Shown one piece after another: positions 1 through 9,798 of a DNA stretch of 64,000 nt. Position 1 is the stretch's first letter; every line of letters begins with the position of its first letter. A program made the translations under genes and the position numbers. The notes under the pieces are model-generated. The model had not been told where the DNA came from. It saw nothing but the letters and a program-made list of their open reading frames with translations, and did not search any database. This DNA is from Pseudomonadota bacterium (lineage in GTDB: Bacteria > Pseudomonadota > Alphaproteobacteria > Rhodobacterales > Rhodobacteraceae): contig JBCCZI010000003.1 of the NCBI GenBank assembly GCA_039187815.1, positions 39,535-103,534 on the forward strand, read 5' to 3'.

Positions 1-20
1 GCCCGGAAAGGGGTTGGCCC

Positions 21-518
21 ATGGCGGATGGTCCGCAGCTGAACTACGGACAGATGATGCAGCGGGCGCTGCGGGGCATGATGGCAGAAGCCCTCGGCCA
101 CGTGGCGGAGCATGGCTTGCCGGGCGAGCACCATTTCTACATCTCGATCGATACGACCCATCCGGGTGTAGTGGTGCCCGATTGGCTGCGGGAGCGGCAT
201 CCGCGCGAGATCACCATCGTGCTGCAGCACGAGTTCGAGGACCTCGCAGTGCTGAGCGACCGGTTCCAGGTGCGCCTTAGCTTTTCCAACACGTTCGAAA
301 CGCTGGTCGTGCCCTTTGCGGCCGTGAAGACCTTCATCGACCCCTCGGTCGAGCTCGCGCTGAAATTCGAGGGGGTCGATGACGCGGCGGATGAGGACGA
401 GGGCACCGAGTTCACGGTCGCCGACCCCGAGGCCCCGGACGAGCCTGATCCCGACAATGGCGGCCCCTCTGGCGGCTCGGCCGATGTGGTGAGCCTGGAC
501 CAGTTCCGCAAGCCCTGA
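21..518 (+). CDS. sspB: ClpXP protease specificity-enhancing factor SspB
   Basis: HHFYISIDTTHPGV...ITIVLQHEF...LSF...VPFAAV..F.DPSV..LKF pattern with an acidic C-terminal tail ending VVSLDQFRK. Confidence 0.9.
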   Translation: MADGPQLNYGQMMQRALRGMMAEALGHVAEHGLPGEHHFYISIDTTHPGVVVPDWLRERHPREITIVLQHEFEDLAVLSDRFQVRLSFSNTFETLVVPFAAVKTFIDPSVELALKFEGVDDAADEDEGTEFTVADPEAPDEPDPDNGGPSGGSADVVSLDQFRKP

Positions 519-595
519 GCCGGTCAGGGCCCGCCCCTTGAGCCCGGATCGGGTTTCAAGGCATGAGTGGCGCAATCTGAGACCGAGAGGGCGCC

Positions 596-1363
596 ATGAC
601 CGACACTGCCGAGACTGACCGCCTTCGCGCGCGCTATCTCGACCTGATCGAGGACGTGATCATCAACCGAATCTACCGCGATCCGCCGCAGCAGACCAAG
701 CGGTGGAAGCGGCTGGTCTTCGGCGAGGAGCGTCGGGCGATCGGGCGCGATCTGCCCTCCCAAGCGCACTCGATGATTGGCCAGGCGCGGATGCGCAACC
801 TGAGGCATTGCCTGGAGACCGCTATTCGCACGGGCGTGCCAGGCGATTTCATCGAAACCGGCGTCTGGCGGGGCGGCGCGTGCATCTATGCCCGGGCGAT
901 CCTCGAGGCCTACGGCGCCAAGGAGCGCACCGTCTGGGTCGCCGATAGCTTTGCCGGCCTGCCCCCGCCCGATGCGGAAAAGTACCCGAGCGACAGTGGC
1001 GACAAGCATCACAAGAACGCGGCCCTTGCGATCTCGCGGGCCGATGTCGAGGCGCATTTCGAGCTCTACGGTCTGCTCGATGACCGCGTGCAGTTTCTCG
1101 AGGGGTGGTTCAAAGACACCCTGCCCACCGCGCCGATCGAGCAGCTCGCCGTCCTTCGCCTCGACGGCGACATGTACGAATCGACCATGGACGCCCTCAG
1201 GGCGCTCTATCAGAAGGTCAGCCCAGGCGGGTTCGTCATCGTTGATGATTTTGGTGCCGTGCCGGCCTGCGCACAGGCGGTGCGCGACTATCTCGGCAAA
1301 CGGGGCGAGGTGGTCGACTTCAGCGAGATCGACTGGACCGGCGTCTACTGGCGCAAGGTCTGA
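596..1363 (+). CDS. TylF/MycF/NovP-family SAM-dependent O-methyltransferase
   Basis: AHSMIG..RMRNL, GDFIETGVWRGG, VADSFAGLP, GWFKDTLP, LRLDGDMYEST, IVDDFG motifs; GAGAGGG RBS. Confidence 0.88.
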   Translation: MTDTAETDRLRARYLDLIEDVIINRIYRDPPQQTKRWKRLVFGEERRAIGRDLPSQAHSMIGQARMRNLRHCLETAIRTGVPGDFIETGVWRGGACIYARAILEAYGAKERTVWVADSFAGLPPPDAEKYPSDSGDKHHKNAALAISRADVEAHFELYGLLDDRVQFLEGWFKDTLPTAPIEQLAVLRLDGDMYESTMDALRALYQKVSPGGFVIVDDFGAVPACAQAVRDYLGKRGEVVDFSEIDWTGVYWRKV

Positions 1364-1450
1364 CGCCCAGGGCGACACGCCATATGCCGTTTTGCAGAGC
1401 GGCAGGCACCCGCTATACCGAAGGCTACGCAACGCCAGATGGGGACAGCG

Positions 1451-2860
1451 ATGACCGACATCACGGGCCAAACGGGCACCCGCACCGAGACCGACAGCTT
1501 TGGCCCCCTCGAGGTCCCGGCGAACCGATACTGGGGCGCGCAAACACAGCGCTCGATCGGCAATTTCCCCATTGGCTGGGAGACGCAGCCCGTAGCCGTC
1601 ATACGCGCGCTCGGGGTTATCAAACAGGCGGCAGCCGAGGCGAATATGGCGCTCGGCACCCTGGATGCGCGTCTCGGCGGCGCGATCTCGCAAGCCGCCT
1701 CCGAGGTCGCGGATGGCAAGCTCGACGACAACTTCCCCCTGGTCGTGTGGCAGACCGGCTCGGGCACCCAGTCGAACATGAACGCCAACGAGGTGATCGC
1801 CAACCGCGCGATCGAGATCCTGGGCGGCACCGTTGGCTCGAAGGACCCGGTCCACCCCAACGATCACGTGAACCGCAGCCAGAGCTCGAACGACACCTTC
1901 CCCACCGCCATGCACATCGCCGCCGCGATAACGGCGCAGACGGTGCTGATCCCAGGGCTGCAAAAGCTGCACGGCGCGCTCGATGCCAAGGCCAAAGCCT
2001 TTGCCGAGATCATCAAGATCGGCCGCACCCACACCCAGGACGCGACCCCGCTGACCCTCGGCCAGGAGTTCGGTGGCTATGCCCACCAGGTGGCCCAGGG
2101 GATCATGCGCGTCGACCGGGCGCTGGCCGAGATCTACGAGCTGGCCCAAGGCGGCACAGCCGTTGGCACGGGGCTGAACACCAAGCCTGAGTTCGCCGAG
2201 CGGGTCGCCGAGGAGATCGCCAAGATCACCGGCCTGCCCTTCCAGACCGCGCCCAACAAATTCGAGGCGCTCGCCGCCCATGACGCGGTCGTCGAGATGT
2301 CGGGGGCGTGCAAGACCGTCGCGGCCTCGCTGTTCAAGATCGCCAACGACATCCGCTTCCTCGGCTCCGGTCCCCGTTGCGGGCTCGGCGAGCTTAGCCT
2401 GCCCGAGAACGAGCCCGGTTCCTCGATCATGCCGGGCAAAGTGAACCCCACCCAATGCGAGGCGCTGACCCAGGTCTGCGCCCATGTCATGGGCAATGAC
2501 GCGGCCATCGGCTTTGCCGGCTCCCAAGGGCATTTCGAGCTCAACGTCTTCAAGCCTATGATGATCTACAACCTGCTCCAGTCGATGCAGCTGCTCGGCG
2601 ATGCGGCGGTGGCCTTCACCGACAATTGCGTCGATGGCATCCTGGCCAACGAAACCCGAATCGACAAGCTGATGAACGAGAGCCTGATGCTGGTGACGGC
2701 GCTGGCCCCCGAGATCGGCTATGACAATGCGACCACCGTGGCCAAGACCGCGCACAAGAATGGCACGACCCTGAAGGAAGAGGCGATCCGCCAGGGCTTT
2801 GTCGATGAGGCGACCTTCGACCGGGTCGTCGTGCCGGCCAATATGATCGGCCCGCGATGA
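1451..2860 (+). CDS. fumC: Class II fumarate hydratase
   Basis: [58 protein letters not shown]. Confidence 0.97.
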   Translation: MTDITGQTGTRTETDSFGPLEVPANRYWGAQTQRSIGNFPIGWETQPVAVIRALGVIKQAAAEANMALGTLDARLGGAISQAASEVADGKLDDNFPLVVWQTGSGTQSNMNANEVIANRAIEILGGTVGSKDPVHPNDHVNRSQSSNDTFPTAMHIAAAITAQTVLIPGLQKLHGALDAKAKAFAEIIKIGRTHTQDATPLTLGQEFGGYAHQVAQGIMRVDRALAEIYELAQGGTAVGTGLNTKPEFAERVAEEIAKITGLPFQTAPNKFEALAAHDAVVEMSGACKTVAASLFKIANDIRFLGSGPRCGLGELSLPENEPGSSIMPGKVNPTQCEALTQVCAHVMGNDAAIGFAGSQGHFELNVFKPMMIYNLLQSMQLLGDAAVAFTDNCVDGILANETRIDKLMNESLMLVTALAPEIGYDNATTVAKTAHKNGTTLKEEAIRQGFVDEATFDRVVVPANMIGPR

Positions 2861-3327
2861 CCGAGGCCCCCGAGCGGACCCCCTTCGACGGCCCTCAGAT
2901 GCAGGGCGCCAAGTTCGAGCGGGCCGACATGACCGGTGCCGCCTTCGACGGCGTCAACCTAACCGGCGCAAGCTTTTGGGCGGTGCTGAGCGGCGCGCGC
3001 TTCACCGATACCAATCTCTCGGCCGCGGCCTTTGAGGACGTGAACCTCTCGGGTGCTGTCTTTGAGAACATCAACCTCGCCCAGGCACAGTTCGGTGTCA
3101 TCACGTTCGAAGGCTCGGAGATCCGCGATGCCAATTTGTCGGGCGTCTCGATCCGCCAGGCGACGCTCACGGGACTGAGCATCGAAAACGCCGTGGCGAC
3201 CGGGCTTCGCATCCAAGATGCAGATCTGACCGATGCCCGCATCGACGACTGCAAACTGGATGGCATGACCATCGAAGGCGTGCCGGTGTCCGAGCTTCTG
3301 GCGCTCTGGCGCGAGCACCGCGGCTGA
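2857..3327 (+). CDS. Pentapeptide-repeat protein
   Basis: Repeated A(D/N)L/F.. five-residue units ([18 protein letters not shown]...); ATGA overlap with fumC. Confidence 0.8.
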   Translation: MTEAPERTPFDGPQMQGAKFERADMTGAAFDGVNLTGASFWAVLSGARFTDTNLSAAAFEDVNLSGAVFENINLAQAQFGVITFEGSEIRDANLSGVSIRQATLTGLSIENAVATGLRIQDADLTDARIDDCKLDGMTIEGVPVSELLALWREHRG

Positions 3328-3383
3328 CACCCCGTGCGCCTCGTTGGCGCGCAAGGGGAACGGATGTGATCGGGGAGGACCGC

Positions 3384-3578
3384 ATGGGCGATACCGTCAA
3401 TCTCCGCCAGGCGCGCAAGCGGCGTGACCGCGAGGCGGCGCGACAAGCGGCCGATGCCAATGCTGCGCGTCACGGCCGCCCCAAGGCAGAGCGCGACCAG
3501 CAAAGGGCCGAAGACGCGCGCGAGACGCGTCAGCACCAGGCCCATCGGCGCGAGCGGTCCGAGGACGATGCCGAATGA
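3384..3578 (+). CDS. DUF4169-family small protein
   Basis: MGDTVNLRQARKRRDR...AARHGRPKAER; GGGGAGG RBS; precedes an RHH gene as usual. Confidence 0.8.
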   Translation: MGDTVNLRQARKRRDREAARQAADANAARHGRPKAERDQQRAEDARETRQHQAHRRERSEDDAE

Positions 3579-3819
3579 TCCGGGCGCCGAGGAGCGGCCG
3601 CAAAAGCACTCTCTGACGCTGCAGGGTCACCGTACCTCGGTCAGCCTGGAGGCGGGCTTTTGGCGCGCCTTCCGCGCGATCGCCATGCGGCGCGGCATCT
3701 CGATCAACGCTCTGGCGGCCGAGATCGATGCCAAACGCACGCCGCCGGGATCGCTGGCCAGCGCCATCCGCGTGTACGTCCTGAAGGATCTCGAAGCGCG
3801 GCTGGGGCCCGATCCCTAG
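3568..3819 (+). CDS. Ribbon-helix-helix (RHH_4) domain protein
   Basis: KHSLTLQGHRTSVSLE..FW...INALAAEID...LASAIRVYVL. Confidence 0.85.
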   Translation: MPNDPGAEERPQKHSLTLQGHRTSVSLEAGFWRAFRAIAMRRGISINALAAEIDAKRTPPGSLASAIRVYVLKDLEARLGPDP

Positions 3820-3832
3820 GCCCCATGCCGCC

Positions 3833-4591
3833 CTAGCCGATGGTCGCGAGCACCGGGAAGGTCTCGATCAGCCAATAGGCCATGCGCTCGAAGGTGCCGG
3901 TGATCATCATTGCACCGACGACGACCAAAAGACCGCCCATCGCCCGCTCCACCAGCCCCATATGCCGCCGGAACCGTTTGGCCCAGCGCAAGAACGGCCC
4001 GATGAAGAAAGCCGCCAACAGGAACGGAACCCCGAGCCCGAGCGCATAGACCGCCAGCAGCGCCGTGCCCGAAGCCAGCGTCGCCTCCTGCGCGGCAAGC
4101 GTAAGGATCGCCGCCAAGATCGGCCCGATGCAGGGCGTCCAGCCAAAGGCAAAGGCGAGCCCGATCACATAGCTGGTGCCATAGCCGCCAGCCTGGGCCG
4201 GGCCATCCAACCGCGCCTCGCGGTTCAGGATCGGGATGCGCAGCACATGCAGGAAGTGCAGGCCCATAAAGATGATCACGCCGCCGGCGATCTGACCGAG
4301 GATGGTTTTGTTCTGGAGCAGGGTCTGGCCAATGATCGAGGCGCCCATGCCCAGCATCACAAACACGGTGGCCAAGCCGAGCACAAAAAAGCAAGCCGAG
4401 GTGAAGACCCGGCGCTGTGCGGCCTCGTCGATCTCGTCGCGCTCGCCCGATATCTGGTCGAGCGAGGTTCCGCCCAAATAGGCCAGATAGGGTGGGGCAA
4501 GCGGCAAGACGCAGGGGCTGAGAAAACTGATGATCCCCCCTGCAAAAGCCGTCGCGATACCGATCAGGCTGATCTCGATGCTCATCCCCAA
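3833..4591 (-). CDS. ccdA: Cytochrome c biogenesis protein CcdA (DsbD transmembrane domain)
   Basis: GIISFLSPCVLPL and FAFGWTPCIGPILAAIL Cys motifs; multiple TM helices. Confidence 0.92.
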   Translation of the reverse strand: MGMSIEISLIGIATAFAGGIISFLSPCVLPLAPPYLAYLGGTSLDQISGERDEIDEAAQRRVFTSACFFVLGLATVFVMLGMGASIIGQTLLQNKTILGQIAGGVIIFMGLHFLHVLRIPILNREARLDGPAQAGGYGTSYVIGLAFAFGWTPCIGPILAAILTLAAQEATLASGTALLAVYALGLGVPFLLAAFFIGPFLRWAKRFRRHMGLVERAMGGLLVVVGAMMITGTFERMAYWLIETFPVLATIG

Positions 4592-4668
4592 CTCCTCTGG
4601 CCCCTCACATAAGGCCTAGGCAGGCCTGGCGAACAGGGGCAGCTTGGCCACGGAGCCTCACGAATCCG

Positions 4669-5049
4669 TCAACCTCCCGCGGCAAGATAAGCTACGATAT
4701 GCTCGATTTGCTCTGCGGTCAGCTTTGGGCCGCCATGGAGCGGGTCGCTCGCCCCGTCGCGCTGTCCGGGCGCATAGGCCGGCGGCATAGCCGTATCGGG
4801 GGCCAGTACCTGCGGCGCGACGATCCACAGCCGGATCTCCCCATCGGCGAGAGCCGCCCCGGGAACGGGCCAACCGCCATGGCACGTATCGCAGCCCGCT
4901 GAGGCAAAGAGTCCCTTGCCGCGACGGGGATCGCCTGGCTCTCCGGTCAGGCTCTGGGCGATCATGCGTCCATCGGTGATGGTATAGGCGACGATCGGCG
5001 GCGGTGTCACGGCGTCCTGCGCCGCCGCGGGCAGCGCCAGCGCCAGCAC
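4669..5049 (-). CDS. SoxX-like monoheme c-type cytochrome (start uncertain)
   Basis: Signal-like LALALPAAAQ, SLTGEPGDPRRG, CDTCH heme motif, TAMP axial Met, LTAEQIEHIVAYL; only an in-frame GTG (5049) is available as start. Confidence 0.7.
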   Translation of the reverse strand: MLALALPAAAQDAVTPPPIVAYTITDGRMIAQSLTGEPGDPRRGKGLFASAGCDTCHGGWPVPGAALADGEIRLWIVAPQVLAPDTAMPPAYAPGQRDGASDPLHGGPKLTAEQIEHIVAYLAAGG

Positions 5050-5091
5050 CGCGCCCTTGAGTGCACTCGCCCGGCGCGCTACCTGCCAGCT

Positions 5092-5349
5092 ATGTCCGAG
5101 AAATCTCCCGCCCCTGAGCGGGCCGAGGAAGAGCTTGATGCCCGAGGTCTGCTCTGCCCCTTGCCCGTGCTCAAGACCCGCAAGCGGCTCCAGCCGCTCG
5201 CCCCCGGCGCGCTGCTGCGCGTGCTCGCCGACGATCCGGCCGCCCGCGTCGATGTCCCGCATTTCTGCACCGAACAAGGCCATGAGTTGGTCTCGACCGA
5301 AGACGGGCCCGACGGCACGCTGGTCTTCGTGTTGCGCAAGGCAGGCTGA
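5092..5349 (+). CDS. tusA: Sulfur carrier TusA family
   Basis: LDARGLLCPLPVLK...LADDPAA..DVPHFC. Confidence 0.9.
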   Translation: MSEKSPAPERAEEELDARGLLCPLPVLKTRKRLQPLAPGALLRVLADDPAARVDVPHFCTEQGHELVSTEDGPDGTLVFVLRKAG

Positions 5350-5356
5350 GGGCGCG

Positions 5357-6274
5357 CTAGTGGAAGGCGGCACAAGGATCCTCCCGGTCCGCGGGCGAGG
5401 CAAGCCAGACATAGTCATAGGGTTCCGCCCCGAGATCCTCGGCCGGGCTGTCGGGGGCCTCGGCCTCGCGCTGGCCAAGCGAGAGCACGCTCGCCCCCGG
5501 ATCGGCCTTGGCCAGATAGACCGGCACGCCGCGGTCCCGCCGGGCATGCCCGTTTCCGGTGATCAGAACCACAGGCCCGCCGCCGTTGGCCCGCGCACGC
5601 AGCGCCGCTTCGGCAAAGCGGGCATCACGCAGTCTTTGGGCCTCGACCATGGGTGCTGCCACTTCGGGGGGGAGTTGGTCGCAATGGGCGGCCACCATCT
5701 CGGCCTCAGCCGCTTGCTGTTGGGGCGGTGGCAAAGGCCGGTCGAGACCAAAGGCCGCTGCCTCGGACCCGAACACGCCCGCCGCGCCGCCTGCCATGGC
5801 CGAGCGAATCGCTGCGCGCGGCACACCGCCGCCGGCGATATAGGCGCCCTCCGCTGCCTCGAAGATCGGCCGGTAGAAGGCCCAATCGGGCCAGCCGAGG
5901 CGGTCCCAGCCGATGGCGGGGCCGATCTCGGCCGGCGCCCCGCCCTCGGTCAGGAAGACGGCGATCCCCTCCTCCGAAGCCTTCGGCACCATTTCGAAGG
6001 CGATGCCCGCTGGCGCGAGTGCGGCGACCAGCCAAGCCTGCCGGGCGTGATGCACCGGATTGTCGTGCCGCTCACCCAAGATGACGACATCCGCCTTTGC
6101 AAGCCGCTCGGTCAGCATGCGCCGCGAGATCGGGGCATCGGCGGCCACATCCCAGATCACACCGGACGGACCAGTCCCCTGGATCGGCGGCGGACCCGGC
6201 ATGCAGGCGGCAAGCAAGAGCACGCCCAAAAGCTGTGCGGATCGGATCACGGTGCTTGCCCTCCCCGGCGACAT
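5357..6274 (-). CDS. ChaN-family (haem-uptake, Tiki-like) lipoprotein
   Basis: Lipobox LLAAC; VILGERHDNPVHH..Q, FEM, AHC, AQRLRD, GNGHAR. Confidence 0.8.
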   Translation of the reverse strand: MSPGRASTVIRSAQLLGVLLLAACMPGPPPIQGTGPSGVIWDVAADAPISRRMLTERLAKADVVILGERHDNPVHHARQAWLVAALAPAGIAFEMVPKASEEGIAVFLTEGGAPAEIGPAIGWDRLGWPDWAFYRPIFEAAEGAYIAGGGVPRAAIRSAMAGGAAGVFGSEAAAFGLDRPLPPPQQQAAEAEMVAAHCDQLPPEVAAPMVEAQRLRDARFAEAALRARANGGGPVVLITGNGHARRDRGVPVYLAKADPGASVLSLGQREAEAPDSPAEDLGAEPYDYVWLASPADREDPCAAFH

Positions 6275-6324
6275 CAGGCCCCCGCACACAGCCTAGGCCG
6301 ACGTCTTGGCGATGCAAGCGACAG

Positions 6325-7167
6325 TCACGCGCCTTCCGTCGCAGTGCGAACCTCGGCGGTCATGGCAAGGCGTCCATCCGCGCCCCGAACCCAGAGCGCG
6401 AGGCCCTCGGCCCCAAGCCGCCCGCAGGTCTCAAACGGTTCGTCGGCCAGCACCGGCGATGTGGCGCGAAACTGGAAGGTAGCCGGCACGACACCCATAC
6501 GCCGCGCCTGCTCGAGCAGTAGGGTGGCCAGCAGCGGACCATGCACTACCAGCCCGGCATAGCCCTCGACAGTGCGCGCATACTCCTGGTCATAGTGGAT
6601 GCGGTGGCCGTTGAAGGTGAGGGCCGAGTAGCGAAACAGCACAGTGGCGTCGCAGGACCACGCCGAGGCCGCGTCTTCGTCGCGCGGCGCTTGGGGCGGC
6701 TGCGGACGCGGCGCCTCCGGCGGCGGGTCGGTCCGATAGACGATGTCCTGCTCCTCGGTGACGGCGAGTCCAATCGCGCCTGAGATCTCGTGGCGCACGG
6801 TGACGAAGCTGAGCGGGCCTTGGCGCCCCTGTTTGGCGGTGACCGCCGCGATGGTCGAGCGCTGCTCGGCCGGCGCGCCGAGCGGCAAGGGCGCGGCGAA
6901 CCGCAGACGCCCGCCAGCCCACATCCGTCGAGGCTCGGGGCATTTCGGCAGGAAGCTGCCGGTCGCCGGATGCCCATCGGGGCCGAGAGCGCTGCGGCGT
7001 GCCGCCTCGCGAAAATGCATCCAGTGCCAAAAGGGCGGCAGGGGGTCTCCGAGACCGGGTGCGGGGCGGTCGAGCTCAAGCGTCGCCACCAGAGCCTGGG
7101 CGGCGAACGGGTCCATCGGATCCGCGATCGTGCGGCTCCGGCCGATCCAGGCCTTCGGGTCCTCCAT
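6325..7167 (-). CDS. Double hot-dog acyl-CoA dehydratase (itaconyl/mesaconyl-C4-CoA hydratase, HTD2-like)
   Basis: RRMWAGG, EEQDIVYR, LFRYSALTFNGHRIHYD, LVVHGPL. Confidence 0.85.
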   Translation of the reverse strand: MEDPKAWIGRSRTIADPMDPFAAQALVATLELDRPAPGLGDPLPPFWHWMHFREAARRSALGPDGHPATGSFLPKCPEPRRMWAGGRLRFAAPLPLGAPAEQRSTIAAVTAKQGRQGPLSFVTVRHEISGAIGLAVTEEQDIVYRTDPPPEAPRPQPPQAPRDEDAASAWSCDATVLFRYSALTFNGHRIHYDQEYARTVEGYAGLVVHGPLLATLLLEQARRMGVVPATFQFRATSPVLADEPFETCGRLGAEGLALWVRGADGRLAMTAEVRTATEGA

Positions 7168-7205
7168 GGCTTGCTCCCTGCTCTATGCTCGGCTAGCCCT
7201 AGCGC

Positions 7206-7601
7206 ATGATCAAGGGACCGATCCAGAGCCTGGACCACCTGGTGCTCACCGTCGCGGATATCGGGCAAACCGTTGCCTTTTATCGCGACCATCTCGGCAT
7301 GCGCGAGGTGGTGTTCGGCGAAGGCCGCCATGCGCTCGCCTATGGCACACAGAAGATCAATCTGCACCAGGCGGGGCATGAGTTTGAGCCAAAGGCAACG
7401 CGCCCGACCCCAGGCTCGGCGGATCTCTGTTTTCTGGTCTCGGAGCCGGTGGCGGCATTGGCCGCGCGGCTGGAGAGCGCCGGGGTCGCCGTGATTGACG
7501 GCCCTGTGGCACGAACCGGGGCCACGGGGCCGCTCACCTCGATTTATGTCCGCGACCCGGACGGCAACCTCATCGAGCTGTCGAACCTCAGCGCCCCCTG
7601 A
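7206..7601 (+). CDS. VOC/glyoxalase family protein
   Basis: LDHLVLTV..FY...QKINLH...GSADLCF...SIYVRDPDGNLIELS. Confidence 0.9.
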   Translation: MIKGPIQSLDHLVLTVADIGQTVAFYRDHLGMREVVFGEGRHALAYGTQKINLHQAGHEFEPKATRPTPGSADLCFLVSEPVAALAARLESAGVAVIDGPVARTGATGPLTSIYVRDPDGNLIELSNLSAP

Positions 7602-7681
7602 GCGCGCACCACACGGAGCGTGCCTCGGATACGAGCGGCGCATTTGCCGCGGGTCCCTCTTCGCAGGGGCACAACCGCTTA

Positions 7682-7710
7682 TTGACACCCAAATGGGCCC
7701 TCCCTATGGT
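7682..7710 (+). promoter_or_regulatory. Putative sigma70 promoter of the atp F0 operon
   Basis: TTGACA (7682-7687), 17-nt spacer, TATGGT (7705-7710) upstream of atpI. Confidence 0.6.
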
Positions 7711-7748
7711 CCGCCGCGAACTCGCTGGAGTGTGCCGGCGGGCCTTGG

Positions 7749-8114
7749 ATGGGGTGTGTCATGGGCGCGTCAGACCGCCGGGGCAAAACCCTCGAGACGC
7801 TCGGCGACCGCATCGAGGCGGCGCGCGCGGCTCAGAGGCCCAAGCGCTCCAATTCGGGGGATGAATACAAGGCGGGATCTGTCGCCTGGAGAATGGTTAC
7901 CGAGCTCGTTGTCGGCGTGATGGTCGGCGGGGCAATGGGATGGGGGCTGGACAGTCTGCTCGGCACTTTGCCGCTCTTTCTACTCGTGATGGGGATCTTG
8001 GGCTTTGCCGCCGGCGTTCGCACCATGCTGCGCTCGGCCGAAGAGATCCAGCGGATGGAAACGGCCGAGGCCGCAGACCCAGATCCCAAGGCGCAGACGG
8101 AACGAGAGGGCTGA
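7749..8114 (+). CDS. atpI: ATP synthase protein I (AtpZ/AtpI)
   Basis: AWRMVTELVVG...GWGLD...P.FL...LGFAAGV; first gene of the F0 cluster; start could be 7760. Confidence 0.88.
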   Translation: MGCVMGASDRRGKTLETLGDRIEAARAAQRPKRSNSGDEYKAGSVAWRMVTELVVGVMVGGAMGWGLDSLLGTLPLFLLVMGILGFAAGVRTMLRSAEEIQRMETAEAADPDPKAQTEREG

Positions 8115-8118
8115 GGCG

Positions 8119-8880
8119 ATGGCGGCAGGCGAAGACGGCAGCTTCATCCATCCGATGGACCAGTTTCTGGTCAAACCGCTGTTCATCAGCGAGGGCAACA
8201 CTGGGTTGCTCACCATCACGAACTCGACCCTGTGGATGGCCATTTCCGTCGCGGCGATAGCGCTGTTGACGATCACGGGCACCCGCGGGCGGGCCCTGGT
8301 GCCGACGCGGACCCAGTCGGTGGCCGAGCTTCTCTACGGCTTTGTGCGCCAAACGGTTCAGGACGTGGTGGGCGACGAGGGGATCAAATACTTCCCCTAC
8401 ATTTTCACGCTCTTCACCTTCATCCTGTTCTGCAACATGCTGGGCATGATCCCTGGCAGCTTCACGCCGACCAGCCACATCGCGGTCACGGGCGTGATGG
8501 CGCTGACAGTGTTTGTCACGGTCACGGTGATCGCCTTCGTGAAGCACGGGACGCACTTCCTGATGTTCTTCTGGCCGATGGAGGCGCCCGGATGGCTGCG
8601 CCCCATCCTCTGCGTGATCGAGATCATCTCGTATTTCGTGCGCCCGATCAGCCATTCGGTCCGTCTTGGCGCCAATATGCTGGCCGGCCACGCGGTGCTG
8701 AAAGTGTTCGCGGGTCTCTTTGCCATGATGCTGGCCGGAGGGCTTGGCGCGCTGGCGGTGCTGCCGCTCGCGGGCATGGTGGGTCTGACCGCGCTCGAGT
8801 TCCTGGTGGCCTTCATCCAGGCCTATGTCTTCATGATCCTGACCTGCGTCTATCTCAACGACGCGCTGCATATGCATTGA
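8119..8880 (+). CDS. atpB: F0F1 ATP synthase subunit a
   Basis: HPMDQF, RPISHSVRLGANMLAGH, EFLVAFIQAYVF. Confidence 0.97.
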   Translation: MAAGEDGSFIHPMDQFLVKPLFISEGNTGLLTITNSTLWMAISVAAIALLTITGTRGRALVPTRTQSVAELLYGFVRQTVQDVVGDEGIKYFPYIFTLFTFILFCNMLGMIPGSFTPTSHIAVTGVMALTVFVTVTVIAFVKHGTHFLMFFWPMEAPGWLRPILCVIEIISYFVRPISHSVRLGANMLAGHAVLKVFAGLFAMMLAGGLGALAVLPLAGMVGLTALEFLVAFIQAYVFMILTCVYLNDALHMH

Positions 8881-8928
8881 GGTCTAGGATCACCGACCTT
8901 CACCCTTTTCATCCAGAGGAGAGACGAG

Positions 8929-9168
8929 ATGGAAGCTGAAGCTGCGGCCCTTTTGGGCAAATACATCGGAGCGGGTCTGGCCTGTCTCGCCATGGCGGGT
9001 GCCGGCATCGGTGTCGGCCACGTCGCCGGCAACTTCCTGGCGGGTGCGCTGCGCAACCCGGCGGCGGCCAAAGAGCAGACCGCGACGCTCTTCATCGGCA
9101 TGGCCTTTGCCGAAGCGCTCGGCATCTTCGGCCTCGTCGTCGCGATGCTGCTGCTCTTCGCGGTCTGA
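8929..9168 (+). CDS. atpE: F0F1 ATP synthase subunit c
   Basis: GAGIGVG...RNP...FAEALGIF. Confidence 0.97.
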   Translation: MEAEAAALLGKYIGAGLACLAMAGAGIGVGHVAGNFLAGALRNPAAAKEQTATLFIGMAFAEALGIFGLVVAMLLLFAV

Positions 9169-9260
9169 TCGAGCGCCTCTGAGGGCGGGCATCCGGCCCG
9201 CCTCAATGACAGCCACGCTCCGCCCACCGGCGGAGTGCCACGCGATCTTCGGAGGGCGCC

Positions 9261-9788
9261 ATGGCGACCGATTCCCACGGGGATGCCGCGAGCGGTTCGG
9301 GCGGCTTGCCCCAGCTCGACTTTTCGACCTGGCCGAGCCAGATCTTCTGGTTGGTGATCTCGCTGGTCATTCTGTACCAGTTGATGACCAAGATCGCGCT
9401 GCCGCGGATCTCGAGCGTGCTCGAGGAGCGCGCCGATGCCATCGCGGACGACCTCGATCGCGCCGAGGAGTTCAAGCGCAAGGCCGAAGAGGCAAGCCTT
9501 GCCTATGACCGCGCCTTGGCCGAAGCCCGGACCGAGGCTCAGGCGATCGCCGCCAAAACGCGCGCCGAGATCCAGAAAGAGATCGACGCGGAGATGGCCA
9601 AGGCCGACGAAGAGATCGCCGCCCGCGCTGCCGAGTCCGAGCGCCGGATCAAAGAGGTCCGCGACGATGCGCTCGCCAGCGTCGGCCAAGTCGCCGAGGA
9701 GACCGCGGCGGCCGTCGTCGAGGCCGTGCTTCCTGACGCCATGGATGCTGACGCCGTGAAGGCTGCGGTCCAGGCCGAGCTCGGCTGA
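9261..9788 (+). CDS. atpG: F0F1 ATP synthase subunit b'
   Basis: [19 protein letters not shown] anchor plus coiled coil. Confidence 0.92.
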   Translation: MATDSHGDAASGSGGLPQLDFSTWPSQIFWLVISLVILYQLMTKIALPRISSVLEERADAIADDLDRAEEFKRKAEEASLAYDRALAEARTEAQAIAAKTRAEIQKEIDAEMAKADEEIAARAAESERRIKEVRDDALASVGQVAEETAAAVVEAVLPDAMDADAVKAAVQAELG

Positions 9789-9798
9789 GGAGGATCGC

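Noticed and set aside
524-2755. 743-aa minus-strand ORF
   Set aside because: Antisense shadow of the methyltransferase and fumC; long stop-free reverse frames are expected at this GC content.
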